Source: Camelus ferus (taxonomy: Eukaryota). From it: a DNA stretch of 64,000 bases. Below are positions 37,820 to 50,712 of this stretch, piece after piece. The stretch's first letter is position 1. Every line of letters begins with the position of its first letter. A program made the translations under genes and the position numbers. The notes beneath the pieces are model-generated. The model was given only the letters and a program-made list of their open reading frames with translations. It was not told where the DNA came from and searched no databases. The stretch covers positions 63,490,001 through 63,554,000 of the forward strand of contig NC_045697.1 of NCBI RefSeq assembly GCF_009834535.1, given 5' to 3'.

Positions 37820-38050
37820 TTTATTTAATCATTTGTTTAATCATTATCATACCCCAAGACTTATTGAATATTTGTTAGGATTGAAGAATCAAAAGAATAA
37901 GATGATTCTTGTACTTAAACCATTATAGTCTAGTGGGAAATAGAAATATATATTAGTAAATAAATTATTTCAATTCAGTGTGAGGAATGTTGGGGCAGAG
38001 TGTGTATGGGCTGTGTGGGCACACCATTAGTGGAGCATCTAATACAGCCC
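37820..38050 (-). mobile_element. L2 3' tail fragment
   Basis: tcatttgtttaatcatt...ttattgaatatttg...gaataagatgattcttgtacttaa...tatagtctagtgggaaataga. Confidence 0.55.
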
Positions 38051-38861
38051 GTTACAGTGTCTGTTTGGTTCTGATGGGGCGAACTTGGCACTTAGCATCT
38101 GAGAAGACTTCCTCTATCTCTCACTTTTCCTCCTCACTGTAAATTACTTCCTTCATCATCTGGAGATATTTTTTATTGCCTTTCATTCTGTTTCCTGTAT
38201 GAAATCTAAAATTTTAATGATTTTAATTACATTTCTCATTTTTCAGTTTTTTCTCATTGAATGGTCTCCATCTTTCCTATTAGAAACTTTCTGTAGCCCC
38301 ATCTATTATAGGATAATATTTGCTTCACAAGGCTCAATCTTTGTCATCGGTATTTCCTTTAACTTTCTTAGTTTAACATATTTCAAATAGAAACTTACGT
38401 ATACGTTAAAAAAACAAAGCAAGGAAAAGGGGGGAAAAGTAGAAAGAATTCTATAAAATATAAAAATTATTACTCAAATCAAGCGGGCACTGTGGGCATC
38501 CAGTGTTTTCATGGATCTTTCCATAATTTTTTTTTCAGATTTTGTTTTGCTTTATTTGTTGTTTAGTTTCTGCCATAGATATGCAGCTTCTATTTTGACT
38601 TACTAGATCTTCACTGATAAATAATATATGTAAGTATATGTATATACCCCACAATATATTTATTAGATTTAGTATGTGATAGTCGTGTCATAATTAGGTA
38701 AGAGAAACACTTGCCATTCTGATTATTGGAAGTTTTTTGTGTGTGTGTGTGTTTTTTATGGTAGATTGCTGTTTTTTATGGCAGATTTTACTGCATTTGT
38801 AAGTTTTCTTATACAATCAAAGGAATCAATAACTCATAATTGTATACTTCGTAAGTGTAAA

Positions 38862-39065
38862 TAGTTGACCTTTGAACAACACAGTTTTGAATTGTGTGGA
38901 TCCGCTTATATGCGGTACTTTTTCAGTAAATATATACTACAGGATCCCTGGTTGGTTGAATCTGCAGATACAGAACTGCAGATATGGAGGGCCAAATGGA
39001 GCGTAATGTATGGGTTTTCACAGGGGAATCAGCAACCCCAACCTCTGATGTTCAAGAGTTAGCTG
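38862..39065. mobile_element. TcMar-Tigger MITE (Tigger2a-like)
   Basis: Imperfect TIRs tagttgacctttgaaca / tgttcaagagttagctg, TA at the right flank, and internal ggttggttgaatctgcagatacagaactgcagatatggagggcc. Confidence 0.85.
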
Positions 39066-40109
39066 TACTATGTGAGGCAGCAGGAACTGGTGACTCTAAA
39101 GGTGAGTGCATAGCAACAGTGAGGGAAATATACATCAGTTCCGTGTAAAATGGCACTTAAGTCACTTACATGTAAATTAAGGCTGGAAGTTATAGTGATC
39201 CTAAGTATAGGCAGCAGTAGGGGGAATATTTAAAAAGTATAAAAGGGTAATGAAAATAGAAGTAAATTTTCTTCTAAGATACACAGTGAGTGAAATTCCT
39301 TTTCTTCAAGTTTGACAATGTTTCAAAATTCCAAAATCTTTTCTAGCCATCATTTAGATGTGCAAGCTTGTCAAAGTTGTCTTAATTTACTCAAAACTCA
39401 TCCTTGCTCCTCTGAATTAATGCCTAGCATAAGACCTAATAATGGTATTAACAGATGATAATGTTTTACGGTCCATATGCATGGCCTTTTTATCAATATG
39501 ATAAATACTTCTGGACAAGATCTCAGAGGAGCAAACTCTGGAGTAAGTAAAAGGCAAAACTCAAAGGAATTCTATGGGCACATACTTGAAATCCTCGAGA
39601 GTCTACCTGTAATTGAAAAAATAGAACTGGAATTGTAAATTCTTACCAAGAATGAGCACTTTGAACTTTATTTGCCAATCGTTTTGTTAATTGCACTTAT
39701 GGAGCCTTACCTGAATTACATGGAAGTCTGTCCAGTCCTCTAAATGATCAGAATTTACCCTTGACCCAGTTCAGCCCATAAGAATCTATGCACTTGTATG
39801 TTTTTTTGACTATTTAAAGAGCTTCTTTTTCCTCTGATTTGATATTTACCATTATTCCATTTACCCACTGAATTAGATTGCTCTTTAACTTTGGGGCACG
39901 GTGAATCTTAAATGTTTTATTTAAAATTTTAATCGCCAGCTTAAATCTGCAGCCCACCTAATAATTGTACATGACTATGTGGCCTGCCTTTCTGTGCACT
40001 AATACTTTTTTCTCCCTCTTGATTTGCCGAGCTTCCTTTCTCCAAAACATTCAGAAATTTATTTTATTCTTTAACATACAAATCAATTTCATCAAATCTT
40101 CTGTGAAAG

Positions 40110-40846
40110 ACTGGATCAGTCATGGTCCTGTCAATAGACAGGCATCATATAATAATTTGAACAGAAGTTTATGTAAAGAATTACTAACTGTATTAGCAGT
40201 TTCAGGTTATGCAGCATTAGCTAGTACATAAAAGAACTCTAAAATATGCAAGAAATATCAGCTATACAGAGCAACCGCTCTTCCTGAGACTGAGATACAG
40301 GAAACACATAGGAGTCCACCCACCCTCAGGTTGAGCACAGCTGTGGCTGACTGAATGGTAGAGTCGTCATCAAGATTCTTCACTGGCAGCATTTCCTGGA
40401 AGCTGGCCCTCTGGTACTTGCAGGAACTCTACCCTGTAGAGTGCTGGGGAATGCTGTTCACGGGGAGTATCTTGGTGGAGGTACTCTTCAAGACTACCTG
40501 AGAAGATTGCTGGGGAAATTTTCTTGCCACTGAATTCTACTAGCTTTCATGTGCTGGGGGTCATGGGCAGTGGGGAAACCACGGTGCTGGAAAAGCTGGA
40601 TGCTCCTGGAGTTTAGAAAGTTTCTAAAGCATCCAGCTACTCACATGACACAAGCCTGTTGAAAGAACCCGTTGGAATCAGGAAGGAAAACACTTTTCCC
40701 TGCAATGTTACTCTAGCACCTTCTACTGATAAAGTGTAACATTGTGCTTGCTGCCAAAGGAAGAATACTTAATGTTCCAACCCCATTTTTTGTACAACAG
40801 ACAATGAAGGGTAAATTTGAACCTGAGACAGTTGACAACTTGCACA
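40110..40846 (-). mobile_element. Ancient LTR (LTR78-like)
   Basis: Ends resemble the LTR78 consensus as recalled (taatttgaacagaagttta...aaagaattactaact; ctactgataaagtgtaacattgtg...caatgaagggtaaatttg...ttgcaca); interior is more GC-rich than the flanks. Confidence 0.6.
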
Positions 40847-43800
40847 AAATCCTGTTAGGAATAAATAATTATCTTTGCTTTAATTTAACTATATGTGTCT
40901 TGCAGAATAATACGCTAAGACTTTATGTACCAAAACAGAAAACAGAAAACAACCCTGCTCTTACTGTAGAGCAATTCACGGATAGGAAGGTTTAAAGCTC
41001 TCTTTGGTTTCTGGCAGATGTAGTTATTTGCCCCAAGGGCTCATGATTTGAGAGAGACCCTAAACTGCTTTCAAGATCAAACACCTGTAGTTGTGCAGAG
41101 ATTTAGGATGGCTTTGGGCAGGAACAAGAGACAATGCAAATAGATAGCATAAAATAAAAGTCCCAGATTTTTACCACATACAGAGTCAGAACAATAGCAA
41201 CAGAAAAAAACAAAAATTTGAGGTCCTTCTCCTACCTCTGTTCATAACCTGCCACTTTACTGGCAACTTCTCTGTAAGGTTAACTTTTTTTTTTTTTTTT
41301 GATGTAGCAAAGAAGGAAAATTGATGCTTAGAATGGACGATTTTCGTAAAACACAGTATGTCTCAGAGATGATCATTTTTTCCTAATACAGCCTTCATTT
41401 TCAAGAATTTGAAAATAACAAATCTTAGGGAAAAAAATGAACTCAGTGAACCAAAGCAGTGCTTCTGTAATTTGTTTTACTAATTAATAAGTCCAAGAAA
41501 ATCAGACAAGATGTAAGTGTAAACAAAATCATAATTAAAAATCCAATTTAACATTTAAGCCAAGAATGAATTATTTCTGATCAATAAGTTATTGATCCAT
41601 TTCATAGGGCCACTGAGAATTTTCTCTGTGCTTTTGTTTTAACCTCTATTTCTGAAAACACCTTTTTAGCTACATAAGCCAATACCTATAAAGATCATAT
41701 TTCATGAAGTAAAGATCTTATGTATTAAAATGAAAACAACTGGGAAATGAATGTATTGGTTCAAAGTAAAAGTGTTTGAAAGAACAAGCCTGTATATACT
41801 TTGGATAGTTCTGAGGAATGATACCTACTCTTTCTAAGTTCTTGTATTTTACTTTACACTTCACAAATGTCAGTCTCTGCATTAGTATGACTTTTATGGT
41901 TGTTGAGATAAGGCTAATTCAAATTGGCTTAGGGAAAATGTATTTGCTAATGAAATCCAAAGAAGAGTATAATAAACCGTGGCAAGGAAGAGATGAAGTC
42001 CACTTATTCCACTTACACAAATCAGTAAGAAGCCCATCCATCTATGAGATTTTTTTAGCACTATCTGCACCCGCTTTCAAAAGGAGAGTACAGAAAAGTG
42101 CATAGTATAGCTTCTGTCCTCACTGAATTTAAAATATTTACTTCAGCTTAACAAATATATAGTGAGCTCCTGATACATACTTCACTCTTCAGTGAACTGG
42201 AGATAAATTCCTACAGAAATCGTAGCTGATTTCCCAATCTGTTGGTTATGAAATACTTCATGGTATGTTGGGATTTAATTAGGATATTAGGAGAGGACAG
42301 TCTTGAGTTACATGATGAGAAGATTGATGTTGGGTTAATAGTGTCAGCTGACATTCAGGATGTTAGGGAATCTGAAATAAACCAGTTTGGCTGGAACACA
42401 AAGCCTAAAGGGAGTGTGCTAGAAAGTGCATCTTCCATGCTGGAATTGGAGACTAGATTTATTCAAAGTAGTTGTTTGACTCAGACTCTAAAAGGGACGA
42501 TTTCAAGCATTGTTGCTTTGTTATCACTCACGTTATATCATCAGCAATTATCCTCTCTGTGCATAAGGTCACTGTTTACATTGCTGTTCTATTTTAGGCA
42601 GACTTGTGTTTCTCACTGCCAGAGAATTACAGCAAGATTTTTTAAAGGTCCGCTCCAGTGTTTCAGCCTAGAACAGTGTCCTGAGTTCTCTGAGTTCTCT
42701 TGATGAACATATGGGCCAAGGACTCAGCTTGTTCTGTCCTTTAAGCCCTCTTTCCTAGGGGTGCTTCCTCTCCCACACTCGGTTGTGCATGTGAAGGCAG
42801 CCTCTTTACCCCTTTTCTGATGGCTAAATAGGAACATTCAGATTTGTTATTTAAAAATTGTGATGTTCATTTTGGGGTTGTTACTGTTATCTCTAGGATT
42901 ATTACTTTTGCTTTCTTTCCCTTGAGATCTCATGGTACCATGTTACTTTTTACCACTGTTCCTGCCCACTGTATCCTTACTGAGGACAAGGGACAAAGCA
43001 TCATTTGGGAACTCCACTACTTATCTGCCCAATCAATTAATGTTTTTAATTTTAATTTTTGGAATAAGCCTAGCTTCTGGCATGAATGCAGAACTATTAA
43101 AAATAAATATTTTGTTTATATCATTTACTCTAGCAAGAATTAAGGCAAAAGGAAAAGTCTGGAAAACAAATTTGGATATGAAATATTAACTGGTTTCCAC
43201 TTTGAACACTTTTTAGCATTTTTCTATGTTATGATCATTATTCAGAGAATGCTTAAATAACTTTTACTTAAAATTATTTTTTTACCAGCTTTCTAATCCT
43301 AAAATGTTAGAAAAATTATTCTTTTTCTCTTAGAGATATTTATTAACTGAGTATTATCTTTATGCTTCACTATCGATAGATGTCTATTTACAAACTCCAG
43401 ATCTTGAAATAAACAGTTATTTCGAAACACTTTATGTGAAGAGAAAGGCAATGTGTTTGGAGTCAGTAGAAACACTTATTTGATGTGATGTTTAAATATT
43501 TGTCTGCTTTTTGCCTCATCTTCATCTATGATGTAAATAATATCATATTGATTAATTCAACATTTTTTAGCAGTTGATTTATGTAGGAACTATGATAAGC
43601 AACAGCCAATGAATGTAGAGAAAAGACAAAACATGATCATTACATTTGTCACTCATAATGATACTTTTCAAATTAAATTACATAACCTATGCAAAATATT
43701 AATTCGGTATATGTCCAACTAAATTTGATTATTTCCTCTTTATTTCTCTAATGTTAATTCTAAAATACTGCTCCTTGCTGATTAGCCACATTAGAACTTC

Positions 43801-44162
43801 TTTGTTGTGTTTTGTTTGAATTAACTAATGCTGATTTCTAATTTCCAATGCATTTGGTTTACTTAGAAATGTCATTGTTGCAGTTACTAGTTTGCAAGAC
43901 TATTTTACAAGAGAATTTAATATCTGGAAAATAAAATAGAAATCCTTTAAAATGCTTAAAATTACATTTAAACTTTAAAGTCTTTAACTTATAGGTTCTC
44001 TTTAACAACATATAAAATGATTTTGAAATTTCAAAAATGAATGTGACAGGATGAGTTCTGTGGAGAATAAAGTATATTAAGTTTATTTATTCCTCTGGGG
44101 TACCATGTCATGTTTTATAACATACTATAATTAGGGAAATAACCATATTCCTAGATCTAAAT

Positions 44163-44335
44163 GCAGTATGGTGGAGAATTCTGAATTAGCAAGAGTGTTA
44201 AATCTAGCCCTATTTCTAATTTATATTGGTTAATAGCTTGCAACTCTAGGTAATTTTATCTCTATTTCCTCAGTTTCCATCTGTAAAATGGAAATAATGG
44301 TATCTCTTCATGCTTCATAGGGTTGTTGTGCTCTT
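44163..44335 (+). mobile_element. MIR SINE
   Basis: cctcagtttccatctgtaaaatggaaataatggtatct...tcatagggttgttgtg core. Confidence 0.8.
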
Positions 44336-46039
44336 GAACATAGCTGTCTGCATTATCTGAGCAAAGCTGAAATAAATAGTAACCTCAATAAAGGGCTTTC
44401 ATAAATGGCTAAAGTAAGAATGGAGGGCTCAGTGGCAGAGAACACCAGGCTTTCTGCCTCCTGGATACAGACACTAATGGCTATTTAGATCAAAGTGAGA
44501 CAGTCTGTACATAGAGACTCTACAACTTCAGTAGGAGTATGCATAGGTTAAGCATTTTCAGTTTGTGTTTTACACAAATTAAGTAATTTTAAGGAAACTA
44601 AATACACTATATTTAGAGATACTGCTGTTGGTAGCATTTCACTTATTAATACATGGAATAAATACATGTTGAAGTGATTTTTCCACTTCAAAGTGATATC
44701 TGTAAGGAAAAATTGCATTAAAATTGCATTTCTTATTTGAGCAGATCTGTAGTCGCAGGAGCAAGAGAATATAATCTTATATCACCATATAATTTAGAAA
44801 TATGTTATTATGGCATTTAATCTATGAAGCACTCTACAGAATTGATACATCTGATACATTTTTCTTAGGAAATATTCTGTCCTACACATTTGGTTATCTT
44901 CCTTTTCTGCTGTGGATGGAAGGAAGAAAGGGGGAGAAGGGAAGGAAGAAAAGCTGCAAGAAAGTGTATTTGTCGTATTAGGAGGAAAAGGCATCTACAT
45001 ACAGATCTTGGGAAATAGCTGACAAATGAAAAGAAATTTTGGAATATGTCCATGGTTTTCATAAAGTTGTGGGACTCACTTGACATTTAGGCCTTAAAGA
45101 GAAAGTTGCAAATGAAGAGTGAATGTTTAATTTTACTAGTTTAATGTTTGAAGTGGCAGCAGTGACAAGTAACCAGGAAAAATTCATATGACACAGCACA
45201 CAGACTATTCGACCAGGTCTAGTCCCATCCATTACATACAATTTTTGTGACTCAACAGAATTCACTTAATTTCTCTTTCCCATAATCTCCAGTATAATTT
45301 CAGTCTCTTGGGAAAAAGGTATGAAAATATAATTTAGCCATTTTTAACAAATTTCACATTGTGAAGAAAATATTATAGTAGATTCATTGTAAGTGAAAAT
45401 TTTAAAAAGTACATTGACTACATATCTTTATCCATTTTTTGTGGAGGAAAAGGCTCCTTTTTCAGATGTAACTTTATCATCCATAAAAGACTGAGGTAAA
45501 TTTTATAGATTTCTGGTTCATGTAAATAATCAGAATTTATATTAAATTTTGTTCCTTGAGACTTGTTTATATGATTGTTTTCATGCTATTCAAAACAATA
45601 ATTGAGTATTTTTCATAAAATTTGAGCTTCAATTTTATTTTTCTCCCTCACGTTCCGGTTCATGTAACTGTTCTTTGCAGCAGTTCTCAAATCATTTTTC
45701 TGTTCCATATTATGTGGTATAAATTTTATTTCATATAAAATGCAGCAATAGATTGAGTTAGAGTACCAATTCTAAACTTCTGTTTAATGTTGCTTTTTAG
45801 AATCTGTACTTACTTAAGTTGTTATCAGATTAGAAAGTAGACTGAAATGACATTGTATCTTTGTTATTGTTGAAATGAACGTATAATTATTTTTAACATA
45901 GATTTTATTTCATATACATGGTTTAGTCCTCAAATAGTGAAAGACTTCGCTACGGTATTTGTATTTTAAAATGTGTTATGTTTGTAATCAAACTGTATTG
46001 AATTTGAATAATAAATGCTACAGTGGGTTTGAGGCAAGA

Positions 46040-47010
46040 AAATGTGAAACTTTGCATCAAAATTAAGTTTTATGCTTTGAGTACTGTCAAGAAAGTGAAA
46101 AGATAACCCACTGTAGGAGAGAAAATATTTGCAAATCATACATCTGATAAGGGACTTGTATCTGGAATATATAAAGAAATCTTACAATTCAATAATAAGA
46201 GAACCCGATTTTAAAATGAGCAAAGGATTTGAATACATATTTCTCAATAGAGGGCATACAAATGGCCAATAAGCATATGAAAATAATGCTCGCCATCATT
46301 AGTCATTAGGGAAATGCAAACCAAAACCACAAAGAGATACCACTTGACACCCACTAGAGTGTTATATTTAAAAAAAAGGATAGATAATTAAATATTGACA
46401 AGGATGTAGAGAAATTAGCATTCTCATACAGTTGAAAAATGGTACAACAGTTCAGAAACGGTTTGACAGTTTTTGAAAATTAAGTGTGCAATTGCCATGT
46501 GAGCCAGTAATCTCCTAATTATATACCCAAGAGAGTTGAAAATGCGTATCAACCAAAAACCAGTGTTCATAGCAACATTAGTTATAATAACCCAAAGTGG
46601 AATTAACCCAATTGTCCATCAGCTGAAGAATGGATAGACAAATGTGGTATATTCATATAGTAGAATGTTACACAGCCATAAAAAGTAATGAAGGACTGAT
46701 GCATGCTACAGCATGGATGAAACATGAAACAGCTAAGTGAAAGAAGGCAGGCACAAAAGGCCATATATTGTGTTATTCCAGTTAAATGAAATATCTAGAA
46801 TAAGCAAATCCATTTTTAGGTTAGTGGTTGTGAGAGGATGCAGGGATGGAGAATACAGCTGATAGAATGGAGTGTTTCTTCAGGATGAGGAAAATGTTCT
46901 GAAATTACCTATTCCAGATGATGATGGTTGTATAACTCTATAGTAAAATCCACTGAACTTTGAAAGGGTGAATTTTATGGTGTATGAGTCATAAACAATT
47001 ACAAAATAAG
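46040..47010 (+). mobile_element. L1MB-type 3' end (ORF2 C-terminus and 3' UTR), sense orientation
   Basis: gagaaaatatttgcaaatcatacatctgataagggacttgtatc...gtcattagggaaatgcaaaccaaaaccac...gaaagggtgaattttatggtgtatga. Confidence 0.9.
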
Positions 47011-47414
47011 AATAATAAATATTTTTTAATTGGAATGTGTGCCATTCATGAAATAAACAGGATATAAAGTTCAAAAATAATTCAGGAGGATGAAATTTTA
47101 AAAGAAATTAGTTTAGATTTTTCAGAAGGAAAAAAACAAAATCTTAGGAATTTCAGATTTATTAAATTCACAGTTGTCTACTAATGATATGAGAAGTTAC
47201 AAAATTTGAACTAAATTGGAAATCTAAACGCTAAGCACTGAGGGATGTAATGTGTATTTAAATTAGTCCCTGAAGGGTTTGTACTTAGACTTTAATGAAC
47301 AGATTTCCAAAGCAATAAAACAATATTATCATGGGTAATGATTAATGTTCAGGTGTTATGACATGCAGCTATAGAATTATACTTACCCCACTCATTTAAA
47401 ACTGAGAAGTGACA

Positions 47415-48965
47415 TTTTTATTGAAGTATAGTTGATTTACAATGTTGTATTAGTTTTAGGTGTACAGCAAAGTGATTCAGTTATACATCTATTCTTTTTC
47501 AGATTCTTTTCTAACTTATTACAAGATACTGAATATAGTTCCCTGTGCTATGCAGTAGGTCCTTGTTTTTTGTCTGTTTTGTATATAGTAGTGCATATAT
47601 ATTAATCCTAAATCCCTAATTTATTCTCCCCTCCCCCCTGCCCCACTTCCTCCTTTGGTAACCATAGTTTGTTTTCTATGTCTGTGAGTCTATTTCCAGT
47701 TTGTAAATAAGTTCATTTGTATCATTTTTTAGATTCCAACGTAAGTGACATATTTGTCTTCCTCTGTCTGAATTACTTCACTTAATATGATAATCTCTAG
47801 ATCCATCCTCATTGCTGCAAATGGCATTATTTCATTTTTATGGCTGAGTAATATTCCATTGTATATGTATATATATTACTTCTTTATCCATTCATCTGTT
47901 GATGGACACTTAGGTTGTTTCCATTGTCTTGGCTATTGTAAATAGTGCTGTTGGGAACATTGGGGGTACATGTATCTTTTAGAATTAAAGTTTTCTCTGG
48001 ATAAATGCCCAGGAGTGGCATGGCTGGATTATGTGGTAACTCTGTTTTCAGCTTTTTAAAGGAATCTCCCTACTGTTCTCCATAGTGGCTGCACCAATTT
48101 ACATTGCCACCTACACTGTAGGAGGGTTCTTTTTTCTCCACACCCTTTCCAGCACTTATTATTTGTTGACTTTTTCATGATGGCCACTGTGACTGGTGTG
48201 AAGCGATATATCACTGTAGTCTTTCTCTAATTAGTTACGTTAAGCATCTTCATTTGCCTCTTGGCCATCTGTATGTCTTCTTTAGAGAAATGTCTGTTTA
48301 GATCTTTTGTCCATTTTTTGATTTTTTTTTTTTTTTGATGAGCTGTATGAGCTGTTTGTATAGTTTAGAAATTAACCCCTTGTCAATCACATTATTTGCA
48401 AATATTTTCTCCTATTCCATAGTTTGTCTTTTCATTTTGTTTATGGTTTCTTTTGCTGTGCAAAAGCTTTTAAGTTAGGTCCCATTTATTTTTGGCTTTT
48501 TTTTCCCATTACTCTAGGGGACTGATCCAAATAAAATTGCTGTGATTTATGTCAAAGAGTGTTCTCCCTATGTTTTCTTCTAAGAGTTTTAAAGTATCCA
48601 GTCTTAAATTTAGGTCTTGAATTTATTTTGAGTTCATTTTTGTATATGATGTTAGAGAATGTTCTAGTTTCATTCTTTTACATGTAACTGTCCAGTTTTT
48701 TCCCAGCACCACTTATTGAGAGACAGTCTTTTCTCCATTGTATAATCTTGCTCTCTTTGTTGTAGATTGACCATAAGTGTGAATTTTTTTCTGGGCTTTC
48801 TATCTTGTTCCATTGATCTATGTATCTGTTTCTGTGCCAGTACCATACTGTTTTGATTACTGTATCTTTGCAGTATAGTCTAAATTCAGGGAGCAAGATT
48901 CCTCCAGCTTTGTTCTTCCTCAAGATTGTTTTGACTATTTGAGATCTTTTATGTTTCCATACAAA
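47415..48965 (-). mobile_element. 5'-truncated L1 (artiodactyl type)
   Basis: 3' UTR tttttattgaagtatagttgatttacaatg; ORF2 remnant [44 protein letters not shown] (48678-48923). Confidence 0.93.
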
Positions 48966-48967
48966 TA

Positions 48968-49112
48968 TTTTTTAACACCTTTAACTGTGGTATGGTTCCT
49001 GTACAGTAAACTACACATATTTCAAATGTACATTGATGAATTTTGATAGATGTATACACCAGTGAAACCACTACCACAATCAAGATAGGTAACATTTCCA
49101 TCACTCCCCAAG
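48968..49112 (-). mobile_element. Short older L1MB-type 3' tail fragment
   Basis: acagtaaactacacatatttcaaatgtaca...ccactaccacaatcaagataggtaacatttccatcactcccca. Confidence 0.7.
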
Positions 49113-49119
49113 AGGTGTA

Positions 49120-50712
49120 ATTTTCGAGTTCACAATTTATCTCTTCCCACCTCCTTTAATCACTGGTAACCGTAAGTTTGTTCTCTATGTCTGCGAGCCT
49201 GTTTGTTTTGTAGATAAGTTCATTTGTGTCTTTTTTTTTTTAATTCCATATATAAGCGATATATGGAATTTTTTGTTTTCTTTCTGGCTTACTTCACTTA
49301 GAATGATGATCCCCAGATCCATCCATGTTGCTGCAAATGGCATTTTTTTTTAGGGCTGAGTGGTATTCCATTGTACATATATACCACATCTTCTGTATCT
49401 AGTCGTCTGTTGATGGAAATTCGGATTGTTTCCCTGTCTTGGCTATTGTAAATAGTACTGCTGTGAACTTGGGGGTGCATGTGTGTTCTTGAATTTTATT
49501 TTTCTTCGGGTTTATGCCCAGGAGTGGAATTGCTGGATCATATGGTAAGTCTATTTTTAGTTTTTAGGGGACCCTCCATACTGTCCTCCACAGTGGCTGC
49601 ACCAATCTACATTCCCATCAACAGTGTAGGAAGGTTGCCTTTTCTCCACACCCTCTCCAGCATCTATTGTTTGTAGACTTTTTAATGGCTATTCTGACTG
49701 GTGTGAGAGGATATCTCATTGTAGTTTTGATATGCATTTCTCTTGACAATTAGTGATGCGGAGCATTTTTTTATGTGAATCTTGGCCATTTGTATGTCTA
49801 CATTGGAGAATGGCTTGTTTAGGTCTTCTACCATTTTTTGGCTTGCGTTGCTTGTTTCTTTTGATATTAAGGTGTGTATTAGCTGTTTGTATATTTTGGA
49901 AATTAGTCCCTTGTCAGTCACATCATTTGCAAATATTTTCTCCCATTGTGTAGGTTGTCTTTTCATTTTATTGATGGTATCCTTAGTTGTGCAACAGCTT
50001 AAGTTTCATTAGATCCTATTTATCTCTCTTTGCTTTTATTTCATTACTCCAGGAGCTGGTTCAAAATATACATTGCTGTGATTTCTGTCCAAGAGTGTTC
50101 TGCCTATGTTTTCCTCTAGGAGTTTTATAGTATCTGGTCTTATATTTAAGTCTTTAATCCATTTAGAGTTTATTTGTGTATATGGTATTAGAGAATGTTC
50201 TAATTTCAGTTCAGAACAGTTACAAGTATCTGTCCAGATTTCCCAGCACCACTTAATTGAAGAGATTGTCTTTTCTCCATTGTATATTCTTGCCTCCTTT
50301 GCTGTAGATTAATTGACAATAAGTGTGTGGGTTTATTTCTGGGCTTTCTATCCTGTTCCATTGATGGTGTGTCTTTTTGTGCCAGTACCATACTGGTTTT
50401 GATTACTGTGGCTTTGTAGTATAGTCTGAAGTCAGAGAGCATGATTCCCCCAGCTCCATTCTTTTTTCAAGATTGTTTTGGCTATTTAGGGTCTTCTGTG
50501 TTTTCATACAAATTTTAGCATTTATTGCTCCAGATCTGGGAAAAATGTCATTGGTAATTTGATAGGGATTGCCTTGAATCTGTATATTGCCTTGGGTAGT
50601 ATGGCCATTCTAACAACATTGATTCTTCCAGTCTAAGAACATGGTATATCTTTCCATCTGTCATCTTCAGTTTCTTTTGTCAGCATCGATAGTTTTCAGA
50701 ATACAGGTCTTT
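49120..50712 (-). mobile_element. 5'-truncated L1 lacking its extreme 3' end
   Basis: ORF2 remnants [29 protein letters not shown] (49682-49966) and [13 protein letters not shown] (50206-50442); colinear with the 47415 copy. Confidence 0.93.

Noticed and set aside
38738..38790. (TG)n run followed by a 20-bp tandem duplication (gttttttatggYagatt x2)
   Set aside because: Ordinary microsatellite and slippage product.
42242..42703. Longest ORF in the track (153 aa)
   Set aside because: Starts at TTG rather than ATG, has no recognisable domain or flanking splice structure, and partly overlaps L2-like decayed sequence; consistent with a chance ORF.
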